A DNA stretch of 64,000 nucleotides from Eledone cirrhosa (lineage: Eukaryota): positions 29,946,001-30,010,000 of the forward strand of contig OZ024753.1 of assembly GCA_964016885.1 (NCBI GenBank). The letters run 5' to 3'. Below are positions 27,503 through 41,613 of the stretch, piece after piece. The notes under the pieces are model-generated. The model had not been told where the DNA came from, searched no databases, and saw nothing but the letters and a program-made list of their open reading frames with translations. Within the stretch, counting starts at the first letter, position 1; each line of letters opens with the position of its first letter. The position numbers and the translations under genes were made by a program.

Positions 27503-27707
27503 CACTCCTTCACACTATTTTTCTCTCCCTCTTACTATTTTACTCTTTCTCTCCCTTTTTCTCATACACACCCCTCTTACTATTTCATTCTTTCTCTCAC
27601 ATTCCCTCTCACTGCTTTACTCTCTCTCTCATGTATGTATGTATGTATGTTTGTTTGTTTCTTTATTTGTCTGAAAAGCTGGACCACTGTCCAACTGTGC
27701 TGTACAG

Positions 27708-28085
27708 TTGGCTGGCTGACTGGTTGGTTGACTGGCTGTGTGGTTGGTTGACTGGCTGTGTGGTTGGTTGACTGGTTGGTTGGTTGACTGGCTGTGTGGA
27801 AGGCTTGTTGGCTGGCTGACTGGTTGGCTGGTTAACTGGATGGTTCGTTGGTTGACTGGCTGGCTGACTGGTTGGTTGGTTGGTTGACTGGATGGTTGGT
27901 TGGTTGACTGGCTGGTTGGTTGGTTGGTTGGTTGGTTGGTTGGTTGGTTGGTTGGTTGGTTGGTTGGTTGGTTGGTTGGTTGGTTGGTTGGTTGGTTGGT
28001 TGGTTGGTTGACTGGCTGGTTGGTTGGTTGACTTGCTGGCAGGCTGGCTGGTTGGTTGGATGGTAGATAGGTAGGAAGGTAGGAA
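27708..28085. repeat. (TGGT)n/(TGGC/TGAC) tetranucleotide repeat
   Basis: Direct reading. Confidence 0.95.
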
Positions 28086-28989
28086 GGAGACTTTGTTGAT
28101 GTGACAGTCAGCTTGGACACACTGCTGCCACTACCACAACCACCACAATCACTTTTACTATCTCTCCAATGCCATTACCTTCACAGTAAGGTAATAACAA
28201 CAACAACAACAAAGATAACCACTGCTATAAGAGCAAGTCTATAGATTTTCATACTGTCTTATTGATTTCTTTACGTTGGGGAAAGTGTGTGTGTGAGAGA
28301 GAGGGGGGGGGGGGTCTGTTTATTGAGTTCTTTTTAAAATATCCCCTTAATAAATTTTTCATTTTTTTTTTTTTTCCTCCTTGGAATATTTTTTAAGAAG
28401 AAAATTAAATTGATGATTATGATGGTAATGATTATGATAATCATTATGAAATGATGATGATGATGCCGGTAATAAGAAACTAATAATAAAGATAATAATG
28501 CTGGCGAAGATTATGATGATGGTAATTTTGATGATGATGATGGTATAAGGACAATGATAATGATCATGATAATGAAATAATGATGGTAAAAATAATTCAT
28601 GTTACTGCTGCTAATAATGAAATAATGATGAATATGCTAACAAAGACAGTAATGAAGATGATAAATGATGATGATGATGATGATGATAATAATAATAATG
28701 ATAATGATAAAATAATGATAATAATAATAATAATATTAGTTATTATTATGAAAGTAACAGCATGAAAGTGGTTTAATAGTTAGCTCCTGTTAATGAGGAT
28801 AGTGATGGTGATGATGATGATGCTAATAATAATAATGATAATAATTTAATAGAAAAATAGTCTAATTATTGTATAGCCTGATAGCAGTAGGAAGAAAATT
28901 AGTTTCTTTTTTATTATTTCATCAACAAAGAGTAAAGAACTATTTCTTTAAAATATGGCTGTGTATAAACCCCTCCTACACATATGTGA

Positions 28990-29034
<45 letters not shown>

Positions 29035-29940
29035 TGGGACCCAGGAGGCTGAGCTCCTGCTGTTTCCACAGCTAGATCTGAACTGAATCGTTGGTGTTCT
29101 GTCGGCATTTGGGGGGGGGGGGGGGGTTCCAAATAAGGGCAATCAGAAAGTCTTTAAAGAAGGTCTCTGGGTTTTTTCGGTGAGTGGTCAATGTTCAGGA
29201 GGGGAGTTGTACATTTATTCATATGTACATCTTCTTGTAGTCATATATATATATATATATATTTGAAATGTAGTTGCTCCATCTCTGCCCATTTTTTCCA
29301 TCTCTAAGGGTACCTTACCCAATTTTCTCAACTACAATTTATGGTGTATAGTATTTAACTCGTATTTTAGTCATTTCTGTTGGAACTACTACATTTCAAA
29401 TTTTCACAATGCTTCTTAAGTCCCCCCCCCCCTATCTCTTTTTCTCTCTCTCTCTGCCTATCTATATATATATATATATATATATACACATACACACATA
29501 CACATATATATACACACACACACATACATACAGGCACATTCACATGTGCTTGCCATCCACAAGAAATACCTTTGTTTTTCACCTCAACATTTATTATTAA
29601 TTACTCTGTAGATTATTTTCATATGCTATTAGTGATATTGTTTAGTAGAGATAACACTTTATGAGAAATAATAAAAATCATGGGTTTTCTGATATTTATG
29701 ATTTTAAAAAATATTATCTGTTCATTCTTAGGAAGAGAAACGTATATCTCATTGAAATAAATTCTTTGGATTTTATCGGTTGTTCAAGATATTCATCGAA
29801 AGTTATTCAACAAAAAATAATAACTGCTTTAATTCAATGCAGATATTTTTTTTATTTTTACTTGATGCCCTCTCTCTCATCAGCTGCTTCATATGAAAAT
29901 CATTAATTTCTCTTTTTATTTTATAAACTGTATAGTTTAT

Positions 29941-30156
29941 TTAACCCTTTAGCATTTAAACTGGCCATATCCAGCTAGAATTCTTTCACCTCTTTCTGTT
30001 CAAGCCTGCTGTAACTGGCCACTCATACTGACGTTAAGGTATTGTTCTCAAAATAAAGAACATAAAAATTTTGTAGATTCGAAATTATGCGAGATGAAGC
30101 TTTTACCATAAAAATACAATAGTATATATAGAGTAATGTAAATGCTAGAGGTTTAA
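29941..30156 (+). mobile_element. MITE family A
   Basis: TIRs and body. Confidence 0.85.
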
Positions 30157-30301
30157 AATGGAAACCTATCAATAGTTTTCTGTATTAGAAAAAGGAAAAA
30201 AGGAAAGGTGTGTGGCCCAGAAGCTAGGGTTTGGATACATGATCATAAGGTTATAAGTTCAATTCCTAGACAAGATGCTATAATGTCTTCTTGAGCACTT
30301 A

Positions 30302-30894
30302 TCTAAAACAGAGATTGTCTGACTCCCTATAACTCGAGAACCACCTAACCGATTGTTTCCAAACTTTACACATGTAATACTTATGGTCCTGTGAGTGTTT
30401 CGGGCAAACAAAATTTCAAATTTTCAATGCCCTAGGGACAGCATTAGGCAATTTAGCGATCTCTCTCTATAATTCTTAGTCTTTCTTTTTAGATAGATAC
30501 ATAGATATAACGTTACGCCCTTATAATATCTGTCTGGCTGTCTGCATTATAACGCTATATATGTGTGTGTGTATATATGTATATATAGTGTGTAACATTT
30601 TTCGAAATATTTACTTCTGCGTTCACAGATGGATTTTTTTTAGTTTCAGAAGATCCCGTTAAGGGTGAAAGCAGTGATTCTTTGCTTAAACTTTAATCTG
30701 TTATTTTAATTTCTCTCTTTCTATATATATATATATATATATATAAATATATATTCGTGTACAGATATTTTTGCAAACACAATAACAAAATATAAACAAA
30801 TGTATTTATTTTACGAGGCTCGATAAGGATAAATATATATCAAATATATAAGAACCCTAGAGCAAATGCCGAGCAACGCCGGGCATTCTGCTAG
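30302..30894 (+). mobile_element. Non-autonomous Helitron
   Basis: A|TC start at 30302; imperfect subterminal hairpin tgccgagcaacgccgggca; CTAG|T end at 30891..30895; no TSD. Confidence 0.7.
30642..30692 (+). ncRNA. Second copy of the CAGAAGA hammerhead-like fold, inside the Helitron
   Basis: AGTTT-CAGAAGA-TCCC-GTTAA-GGGT-GAAA-GCAG-TGATTCT-TTGC-T-T-AAACT. Differences from 5299..5347 are in loops or keep pairing. Confidence 0.5.
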
Positions 30895-32408
30895 TACATT
30901 CTATTTTTGGCATGATTTCTACTACAGCTTGATGCCATTTTTACCACCACCAACAAACACTTTACAAAGAGTACTTGATACTTTTTACTGTGTCGCTAAG
31001 ACTATTAAAGCCTTAGTAGTACCACAGTCAAACAGTAATCACAATTTTGAAATATTCAAGTCTTTTACTATCTTAATTAAGTCTTCATTGTAAATGAACT
31101 TCATTTAGATTGAAATTTATAATGAATTTCGCTCCATTTGAGATGAAGTACACTTCAAGGAATGCTCTTTGTTTGAGATGAAAATGTCTCCTCCTCCACC
31201 AAAAGGTGCCACCCCAAAACCTCAATCTCTTTATTTTACAGTATGCCAACTTGCATTTCTTTTGTTTCAATTTTCAATCCAGTTGATGTTAACACAGACA
31301 TATCATTAGCTATCTCATTCTAGTGACTTCTCTTAATTACTTACTTTATTGATTACACTTGTTTATTCCTAACATCAGAAGGATTTGGACTTCAATGAAA
31401 GGCAGCTGCAAATAATGTGTTGATAAAATATTTTATCGTGATTCTCTTCTATTTTATATATTTGGTTTATTTGCTTTGAAAGTTATATGGCAATTGAGAG
31501 TTTGAAAACTTTGAGATTCCAAAGTGAAGCTTTGCAACCATAGTTATAGCTAATATTGATCCAAATTTTAGAACTGTTGTTCTCTAGAAATAGTTAAACC
31601 AGCAGCAAATATTGCTAATATTTCGAAGGGTAGAGGTGTATAAGGAACTGACATTTACTGGGTAAAATGTCATTAAATGACATCTAACAACTTCTCAGAC
31701 TTATAATCAATATGATCTCTGTTATTTATTCTGAAATTTAATTTTCATTATATTAGGCCAGTAAGTGAACAATGAAAATGTTCTGACTTTGAAGATAGAA
31801 TTCAAAATTCTTTCTTGTATATTTTGTTATTCGGCTTTTATAGATTTATTCATTGTTTAAAAAAAAAATTTTTTTTAAATTAGTCAATTCTTTTCTACAA
31901 GATTATGATTAATATTTTTTTTATCAACTTAGGTTAGTTTGTCACATTTGATAATTTCTGCTTGGTTATTTCTCAGAAACGTTGACAGATTATTTCTATA
32001 ATCTAAATTCTGTGTATTGGTTATTATACTGTTCGCTTAGGCAAAGCATTTCACACTTCTTGTCCTTCTCAAGGTCACTGAGAATGAATACCATCACATT
32101 TCAAGTTTTAGTGGTTGTGCTGTAAAATAACTGTTCCAATAAATTCTAGAAATATTTATATTTTTCACTATTTAAATATTTAAATTTTTCAATATTCTAT
32201 AATAAAATTTAGATAGGTGAGAATGCGTGTATGGGAATAAATGTATATCTGTGTATGCATATAATTCTTAAAGCTCGCATAAGAGATGACACATGGTTGC
32301 AGGGGTTAGATGGGTTGTCGTGTTATGAGGCTTATATTTACCAAAACCTGATGTTCTAATTTTCTATCTTGATGTCTTTCTTTCATTTTAAAGATTGTAA
32401 GTTGTAAT

Positions 32409-32637
32409 TTAACCCTTTAGTATTTACATTACTCTATATATACTATTGTATTTTCATGGTAAAGGCTTTACCTCACTTAATCATCTCACATAATATTGAA
32501 TCTACGAGATTTTGTTGTTATTTATTTTGAGAACAATGCCTTAACGTCAGTATGAGCGGCCAATTATAGCCAGTTTGGACAGAAAAAGGTGACAGAATTC
32601 TGGATGGATATAGCTGGCTTAAATGCTAAAGGGTTAA
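32409..32637 (-). mobile_element. MITE family A
   Basis: Reverse-orientation copy with both TTAA ends. Confidence 0.85.
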
Positions 32638-32899
32638 AGTTTGTAAGGTGCAATTTGAAGGAGATTTGGATACTATTTCTAGTGAGTCAAACCACTGCAT
32701 GGTGATTTTCTCATTGGCTCATAATGAAACTTGCTTTTAATGGTGTATTTGTATAGCATGTATATTCCAAGCCTGAAGACTAACAATCGCTTAAACTTGG
32801 TGTAATTGGCTGCTCATACTTATGTTAAGGTATTGTTCTCAAAATAAATAATATCAAAATCTTATACATTTGATATTATGTGCGATAATTTTCTATGAA

Positions 32900-32954
<55 letters not shown>

Positions 32955-33088
32955 TAGAAGGGATATTTAATTTATTGGAAATTCAACAAATATAAATGTT
33001 TATAACTGATTCAGAGCACTCGACAGATTTCTGGAGTAAATATTCAATGATATTAAATAAATGGAAACTATATTTATAAAACCATATT

Positions 33089-33150
33089 TATTCTATTATA
33101 TATATTTCAAGAGTACCAAAAACTTTGGTACGCTTTCATCAGATAAAATA
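33089..33150 (-). ncRNA. Type I hammerhead ribozyme, third copy
   Basis: Same fold as 33364..33425 with one further stem II substitution. Confidence 0.78.
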
Positions 33151-33363
33151 CAAAGTGTGTTTTATAAATTTTGACATAGCCAAGGAAACATACCTTATCA
33201 GTTGAATTTTCCTTGGATATCCAAGGAAAATTCAACTGATAAGGTATGTTTCCTTGGCTATGTCAAAATTTATAAAACACACTTTGTATTTAGAATTTAC
33301 ATTATATATATATATATATACACAATATTAAATAAATGGAAACTATATTTTTAAAACCATATT

Positions 33364-33425
33364 TATTCTATTATATATATTTCAAGGGTACCAAAAACTT
33401 TGGTACGCTTTCATCAGATAAAATA
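33364..33425 (-). ncRNA. Type I hammerhead ribozyme, inverted copy
   Basis: Minus strand TATTTTAT-CTGATGA-AAGCGTACCAAA-GTT-TTTGGTACCCTT-GAAA-TATATATA-ATAGAATA; 8-bp stem I. Confidence 0.8.
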
Positions 33426-33551
33426 CAAAGTGTGTTTTATAAATTTTGACATAGCCAAGGAAACATACCTTATCAGTTGAATTTTCCAAGGAAAATTCAA
33501 CTGATAAGGTATGTTTCCTTGGCTATGTCAAAATTTATAAAACACTTTGTA

Positions 33552-33609
33552 TTTTATCTGATGAAAGTGTACCAAAGTTTTTGGTACCCTTGAAATATAT
33601 ATAATAGAA
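33552..33609 (+). ncRNA. Type I hammerhead ribozyme (intact core)
   Basis: TTTTAT-CTGATGA-AAGTGTACCAAA-GTT-TTTGGTACCCTT-GAAA-TATATA-T-A-ATAGAA. Stem I 6 bp, stem II 11/12 bp, palindromic stem III. Confidence 0.8.
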
Positions 33610-35241
33610 GAAATATGGTTTTATATATATAATGTAAATTCTAAAGGGTTGAATACCAGTAGTATCCTCTGGTCACAAAGATTTTTTTTCGTTTTATAAC
33701 TATCTTGTGTGTATATAGTGGGGTGCACAGATCTTTACTGTTGTTTTTTTTTACTGATTATTTTTATTTTGTTTTTGGTTTTCTTTAAATTGATGATGAT
33801 GATGACGACTATTATTTCTAATGAAGTTCTTTGATAAGACCTATTTTCAATGTTCACCGAAAGTTTCTGTTGACTTCAATCTGAAAAGAGATTATGTTGA
33901 CTAAGTCTAACTTCTTTTACTCCTTTCCTTTACCAGGAAAATATTTCATCTGTTAGAGAATATGTTTATCACCAGTGTCATGCATGCCAGGCTAGAATCT
34001 AGTTATCAGTAGTACATTCAAGCATTACTATAGTTATCAGCTAACTTGATAACTGATCTACTCAACAGAATATAACACAGCCACCATTTTAGACTCACCA
34101 AATTCCTTTTCAAACCTACTAGTTTACTAAGTGAGATAATATTTAATTTTTAATAAGATCATTGCTACTTTTGGTGTGTTCATTGTTCATAAATATCTCT
34201 TATAGAAGAAAGAGTGAATATATTATGGGGAATATTTAGATATTCATGTTATATGTAAATCATAGTATTTAAATTGCAAGTGAGCTTGTGGGGGTGGGAA
34301 GGAGAACATGATGGAATGAATGATATCAGATTCTGTTTCAGGTGATACAGATATGTGAATTATACACTGAGAATTAGGTGAAGTTGTGTATTGAATGGAA
34401 ATTAGGTCACTACTATTTATGATTGTTTTACAAATGTTGTGAAGTTGCTTTGTATTTTAGTCAAAGTTACAAAAATACAACAAAAGATTGGCCAAGTTGG
34501 TAAGAAATTTGTTGATGAAAACTGAGTGATAAATTATCTATTGTGAGAATGCTGTGGATGGTAGCCAGGATAGTTTTAGGATAAAATTGCAAATGGATAG
34601 GGCAGGCGGAGGTGGTGGTGGTGGTGGTGCTGCTGAATGAAGTGAAAATATCAGCTGGTGGTAAATAGTAGCCAAAATATAGAGGTATGCCAAAAAAACA
34701 CATATGGAATGAAATAAAGATGAGTTTCTAATTTAGGCACATGGCCAGCAATTTGGGCGTGATGAAAGTCAATTAAATTGTCCCCAATATTCGACTGGTA
34801 TTTTATTTTATCAACCCTAGAAGGATGATATTAGTGGATATATATACTCATGGTTTCTAATTTAGACACAAGGCCAGCAGTTTGGGAGAGATGAAAGTCC
34901 ATTATTCGATCCCCAACATTTGACTGGTATTTTATTTTATCGACCCTGGAAGGAAACAAAGCAAAGTTGATCTCAGTGAGATTCAAACTCAAAATATAAA
35001 GTGCTGGGACAAATACCACAGATTATTTTGTCTGGTATTCCAACAAATCTGCTAATTCACTGCTTTTTGTGGATATAATAAATTCTTATTTTCAATTTCT
35101 GGTTATAATTATTTCTTTTTACTTATCTTGCTAGTGCACTGGAAAGGCATGAATATCACACAGTCTCATTTCTCCTCTTTAAATTTGAGGCAATGTGGTA
35201 CGTAAGAAAACAATTTTGGTGGCATTTCAGTTCAGACGCAT

Positions 35242-35476
35242 TTAATCCTTTCGCATTTTAACTGGCCACATCCAGCCAGAATTCTCTCACCTCTTTCTGT
35301 TTAAACCAGCTGTAACCGGCCGTAACTGGCCACTCGTATTGATGTTAAGGTAGTGTTCTCAAAATAATATAAAAATCTTATAGATTCGATATTATGGGAG
35401 ATAATTATGTGAGGTAAAGCCTTTACTGCAAAAAATATAATAGTATAATAGAGTAATGTAAATGATAAAGGGTTAA
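35242..35476 (+). mobile_element. MITE family A
   Basis: TIRs and body. Confidence 0.85.
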
Positions 35477-36379
35477 GCTGTAAATTTGTTAAATTCTCTA
35501 GTCTTACACTAGGTTACATTGCCAGCTGTTATTCCCCATTATTATTATGATATCATCAAGTAAACATTATATTATTTGGATAACCTCCATAAAAGTAGTT
35601 TTCTTTAACTAAATATCACAAATAAATATATTACTTTCCTTTAAAATATTATGTGAAGGGAATGATTTCTGATAAATCTACTTTTCTAATGAATCATCAC
35701 AGCTCTTATACTTAGTTTTGAAATTATCTTTTCTAATTTTCTTGTATAGACATGGTGAAAGAAATACAAGTATTTCTTATCCATTGGTGTCATTAGTAAA
35801 TATTTACCAACTAACCTAGTTTTTCTCCACTGCTGGTTGTGCGTCTGCTGCCACTGGCTGTTTATTTATATTTTTATCTGGGCCATCCTCCTTACATCCT
35901 CCTTAGGCAACTAACTCTTGAATATAAAAATTTAAGGAGGGAGCAGCAAAGGGACACACACAACTTCATTATAAATTTTTCAAGTATTATGAATGGAAAT
36001 AATAATAATAAAAAATAGTAGAACAGTTATAGAAGAACATAACAAAGTTTGATGTGGTGAAAGTGGGAAATGTTGCTGATGATTAGCCACAGGTCAATCC
36101 TGATTGAGGCATTCCAGTCGTGACCATCCTGTCTTATTCTATATCTAGGACTACCCTGGCCAATATACCCTGTTTTTTAAACAGCAGGGTGTTATTTGAG
36201 GGAGATTTGGCTACTATTTCTAGCAAGTCGAATGACCAGCTATATCTAGGATTACAGTGTTCAATGTACCCTGTTTTTTTAAACAGCAGGGTGTTATTTG
36301 AGGGAGATTTGGATGCTATTTCTAGCAAGCCAAATGGCCATTTAGAGGCTCTCTTGATGGCTCATGTACTTGTTTGGAG

Positions 36380-36830
36380 TCATCATCATCATCGATTAAC
36401 ATCTATCTTCCATGCTAGCATGGGTTAGACAGGTCCCATTTAGAAGCAAGTTGGGTCAGGTGTCCGTGTTTCTGGGTGGTTTTCTATGGCTGGGTGCTTT
36501 TTGTCCTTCACACATCCATTTTACAGTGTGGGCTGGGTGCTTTTTGCCATGTCCTTTACAGTGTGGACGGGGGGGGGGGGATACTACATATATGCTTCAG
36601 CTTGTGCTCGTGGGAAGTCAGATCTTCTGTATTACTGCATATCACCAGAGATCCCTGTCATGTGTCATTGCCTTTGAGAGGTGCAATTGGGCAAGGTCAG
36701 CTTTTAAAACCTCATCCCAAGTCTTCCTGGGTCTCCCCACTCCAAGGTTTCCAACGACTTTGAGCGCTCTGCACTTTTTTATGCAGCTGTCATCCTTCAT
36801 ACGCGACATATGTCCATACCAACGCAATCT
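36380..36830 (-). mobile_element. RTE-clade LINE 3' fragment with UTR and (ATG)n tail
   Basis: RWYGHMSRM...GVGRPRKTWDEVLKADL...DRDLW. Confidence 0.85.
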
Positions 36831-37302
36831 CTAACAAATACGTAGAGAAATTCCAGAAGAAAGTCAGTTTGACATACATGCACATTGGATTTTTCCACAA
36901 AAATAACAGACACATAGTGTTTGTTTATTGTCATATAAAAATATGATGACATGAAAAATGTAATAAAGGGCTTCATGTAAAATGTTTTACAGTACACAGT
37001 GAATGTTCAATACATTTTTATTTATTTATCTGACATTTGCTGAAGTCATAAACATAGATGCCATGTACTTTCACGGTAAATCATATTTAGATTAATAAAA
37101 ATGGATTCATCTTTTAAGGGGTTTTGATTGTGCTTGTTCTTCTTGTCATTGCTATTCATCATAAAAGTAGACTTTAAGCATAAATGGTTAACCCTTTCAT
37201 CACTAGATTTCTCATGAAAAACACTGCCTATGATTTTCAAATCATTTTGAAAATAATGAAGGATTTGGAAAGATTTAGTAATATAACTAACTTACATTAT
37301 AG

Positions 37303-37810
37303 GGGGCGGTAGATTGGCAGTATCAGTAGAGGGTCGGACGCCATGCTTTGACGCATAGTTACGGCCCTTGCCATTCTGAGTTCAAATCCCGCCGAGGTTA
37401 ACTTTGCCTTTCATCTTTACGGGGTCGATAAAATAAAGTACCAGTAATGCACTGGGGTAATTGCTGGCCTTGTGCCAAAAGTAGAAACAATTATAAAGGT
37501 TGGTGGATTGTCAGTATCGGAAGAGTGCCGGGTACCATGCTTCGTGGCATAAAGTTACGACCCTTTACATTCTGAGTTCAAATCTCGCCGAGGTTAGCTT
37601 TGTTTTTCATTCCTACGATGCCGATAAAATAAAGTACCAGTCACACACTGGGGTCGATTTAATCGACTTTCCCCTCCCCCACGATTGCTGGACTTGTGCC
37701 TATATAAGAAACCATTATTTTGCCTTTCATTCTTACGGGGTCGATAAAATAAAGTACCAGTAATGCACTGGGTAATTGCTGGCCTTGTGCCAAAAGTAGA
37801 AACAATTATT
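37303..37810 (+). mobile_element. Head-to-tail cluster of SINE family 1 (two full, one 5'-truncated)
   Basis: Units ~37303..37495, 37499..37718, 37719..37810. Confidence 0.85.
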
Positions 37811-38734
37811 TTATTACATATTCAAAATGTCTGTTTATAAACTACTGCTGATTATTAAAGTAAAAGGTAATGCAGCAACCTGATGCAGAAACTTAAAAAT
37901 GAAATTGCTGCTGCTGCTAAAAAGAAATTAGACCAAAATGCATGAAATAAATTTAAAAAACCCACCCCACCCACCCCAAGAAATAAACATAAAGGTTGCA
38001 GTATGTTGTACATCGTCATAACACTGTTGGTTTAATTTAGCTTTGCAAGAAGATGAGAATTACTGTTGCTATCAGATCCAAATGTCCCTAAAACCAACAA
38101 TAATTCTGATTTTATGACTTGGCAGAGTTCCTAGGTGAGTAACAAGCTTCCCACATCTATAATTAGTGCATATCGATTGATGAAAAAAAAGCAACAGCAA
38201 GCTAAATTATAAAGTTTTTAATACAAATTTGACATTTCTTTTTCTATCAAATCTCTATCTTGCCTATTGAATCTTTAACACAATATTGATAAACTTTAAT
38301 ATTTTTAAATATAAATACTGTAGTATTTGATCTGTGTTTATTATTTATTTAATTTATTATTGAAACTTTGGTCAGCGATAGGTGTACTGGTGTACTTAAA
38401 ATCTAGAGTTAGATGATTAACTACAATCTTTAAGTCATCGTGTAATAGCAAACCTCTCTCTCTCTCTCTCCATCTCCCCCTCTCTCTCTCCATCTCTCCC
38501 TCTCTCTCCCCCTATCTCTCTGTGTTAGGAAGGGCATCAAGCCGTAGAAATCTAGCCAGAAACGGACCTATATGAGCAAGACACAGTCACCTGACCCGAT
38601 GTGCCTCTAATAGGACAATCTGTTTAACTCTCCATGCTAGCATGGAAAATAGATGTTAAACGATGATGATGATGATGATATATATATATATATCATTCTT
38701 TCTGCTTCTCCATTGTGATCCTGTTTCTACTTGT

Positions 38735-38770
38735 ACTCCTGAAGAAGGCCTTAAGCCCGACACGTCAAAC
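38735..38770 (+). ncRNA. Degenerate minimal hammerhead
   Basis: CTGAAGA-AGGC-CTTAA-GCCC-GACA-CGTC; GAAA mutated to GACA and stem I decayed. Confidence 0.45.
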
Positions 38771-39193
38771 TTTCTTTTCTCTTTCCAATATAAAGCGTGA
38801 GGCTAAGATTTTTTGTACCTCTGTTTCTGTTTGTTGTCTCCTTGAACTATATATCATTCATTTCATTTCATTTCACTTTACGTCCGCTTTTTCCCTGCTT
38901 TCAAGGGTGGGACGGGAACTGATTCTGGCTTGATTTCTACAGCTGGATGCCCTTCCTAACACCAACCTCATTTACTGTGAGTGCTGGGTGCTTTTTTTTG
39001 CGTGGCACTTCCACGACCACTTTACAGTGGAATGATAGGGACCCCAGTCCCTATCACCTCATTTCTACAGCTGAGTAAACTGGAGCAATGTGAAATAAAG
39101 TGTCTTGCTCAAGGAAACAACACATCACCCAGTCTGAGAATTGAACTCACAACCTTTCGATTGCAAGGCCAATGCTCTAACCACTAAGGCATG

Positions 39194-39238
<45 letters not shown>

Positions 39239-40554
39239 GCGGGGAGAGTGAGAATTGAAGTAACTGGGACTGTGGAATGTGTGTATAAATTTACTTATTT
39301 CCCAGTAAATTGAAAAAAGGAATATGTATTGATATGTTTAACATGTATATGTACAAAAAAATGTATAAATTTATATACACATGACATATACACATTCTCA
39401 GTTACTGCTATTCAGTATATATAGATATAACTTTATCACACACACACACACATGCATGCATATATATATATATAATGAAATTCACAGGGTATTAAAACAA
39501 AAATTTGTTGTAACAAAAAATTCTTTATAATGAGATCGACCTAACATATCAACCTTGTGGGTGGGGATTGAAAAAAATTTTGTTATAATGGTATTCGTTA
39601 TAACAAAATTTTACCTCTGTGTGTGTGTGTATGTATATATATAGAGAGATAGATAGATAGATAGATAGATTGATGATATATATAGGAAAGTAGTGGAGTA
39701 TAATTCAGTTTGGATTTTAGTCAATAATGTGCTTCAGTGCTGAACATTTACCATAAGACATGATAGAAAGGAAGTCTCTTCTTTTGATGTCCATATAAGT
39801 GACATTGTATGAGTGACATTTGAAAGTCAATGCTTGAGTTCAATTCAGATTGTGTGTTCATATAAGAGAGTCAGACAGAAGAGAGATGGATAGAGAGAGA
39901 GAGAGACACTTAGTAAATGTTCTGTTCAAGAACTCTGGAGACAAAAGTGGATATTAAAGAATGTAGAGGAGGCAGCCAGTGACTTGAGCAGCAGACCTTA
40001 GTAAATATAGTTACCAAAGATAAGAAGAAGTGAGTGTCTTGTAATTTGTTTAAGGAATAATTGATTAAAGGGACTAACTACTCCCTCCATCCGTGGACAG
40101 GACAGTCTTGTCATGTTTTAAGAAGGAGAGCTGTAGCAAAATTATACAACTAGCATTCTTACCAGAACAACAACCATAGTTGTTGTCTATCTGAAAGCAT
40201 GTTTCTCAGAGATAGATGAAATATTAACAGAATGAGTCAACCACAGCTGGAGGCAGCTCCAGAGAGACACCTCGCTTTCTATTTCAGCCATGAAGGTGCT
40301 ATTACTCCCGTTCACTAATCAATTTTGTCTTCTATCTATAATTATAAGACCAACTGCACTGTTATCTTTGACTTTGAAGAGGATGAAAGAGTAAGGTTTT
40401 GCTCTCCCAGGATTTGAACTATTAACGCTTTTGTTATCATATTCTTAATGAAAGATGCCATAATTTTCAAATCACCATTTTTGAAAAAAGGAAGAATTTG
40501 GAGGGGTTTAGTAAAATATCTGTTTTGTTATTTAGCTTGTGTTTGGGTCAAAAC

Positions 40555-40677
40555 TTAACACTTTAGCATTTGAACCTGCTGTATCTGGCCAGAATTCTCT
40601 CACCTCTTTCTGCACAAACCGGCTGTAACTGGCCACTCATACTGATGTTAAGATATTGTTTTCAAAATGAATAACAT
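40555..40677 (+). mobile_element. MITE family A, left half
   Basis: Left TIR plus ~120 bp of body. Confidence 0.7.
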
Positions 40678-41031
40678 CATCAAACACTCTCACACATGCA
40701 ATTGCACATACACAGATATATGTATAGCAGGCTTTTGAATAGTTTCCATCTACCAAATTTCACTCACATGATCAACGTGAAACTATAGTAGAAAATGGCC
40801 GAAGTACTGTGCAGAGGGCTTGAACCTGAAACCATGTGGTTGCAAAGTGAACTTCTTAACCACTCAGCCATACATTTCTTTTTGTTTTTTTTTCTCATTG
40901 AAGTTGGCTACAAAGTAATTTCTGATGCATTCACTTCTGTAATTTCCTTGCCTACCTTCTCTCACTCTCTACTCCCACTATCTCTTTTATCTTCAACCAC
41001 AGTTTTCATTCTTATTTTCTCCTCCCCCCCC

Positions 41032-41192
<161 letters not shown>

Positions 41193-41568
41193 TGGATGCA
41201 TGCACACACATACACACACACCATGCATGATCTCAAGGCTACATTTTTCAAGTTTATTGAGTTTAATTTAGGTTTTTGCCAGTATTGTTGTAATCACTAT
41301 TTACAGTTAGTAAAAATTTCCTTTGGTCATTTGATAATCTAGTGTTGATTATATCACTATATGTTCATTGTGTCAGTCTTGATATTGTTGTCACTATGGG
41401 AAATTATGGTAGTGGTGATGGTTGTCTTGGTGGTGATGGTTGTCTTGGTGGTGGTGGTGGTGGTGGCCTTGTTTTGATGTCTTCATATAACTTATCATGA
41501 AGAAAATCACACTATCTCTGCTAGTAATTATAATTATATTAGATAAAAATGCATTCTGGTGGTGTGTA

Positions 41569-41613
<45 letters not shown>

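Larger units (their letters stand above)
32952..33630. mobile_element. Double foldback element with three hammerheads, inserted in the TA run of a TTAA MITE
   Basis: Palindrome centres at 33218/33219 (ttggat|atccaa) and 33488-33489. (TA)n flanks. MITE body upstream (~32790..32905) and MITE terminus downstream (aatgtaaattctaaagggtt, ~33631..33650). Confidence 0.75.

Noticed and set aside
24895-28120. Poly-T/H/V, ER-repeat and NQPT-repeat ORFs
   Set aside because: Simple-repeat translations with no splice context or domain.
38041-38134. Candidate exon with tag| acceptor and |gtgagt donor
   Set aside because: Stops in all three frames; could only be non-coding and has no other support.
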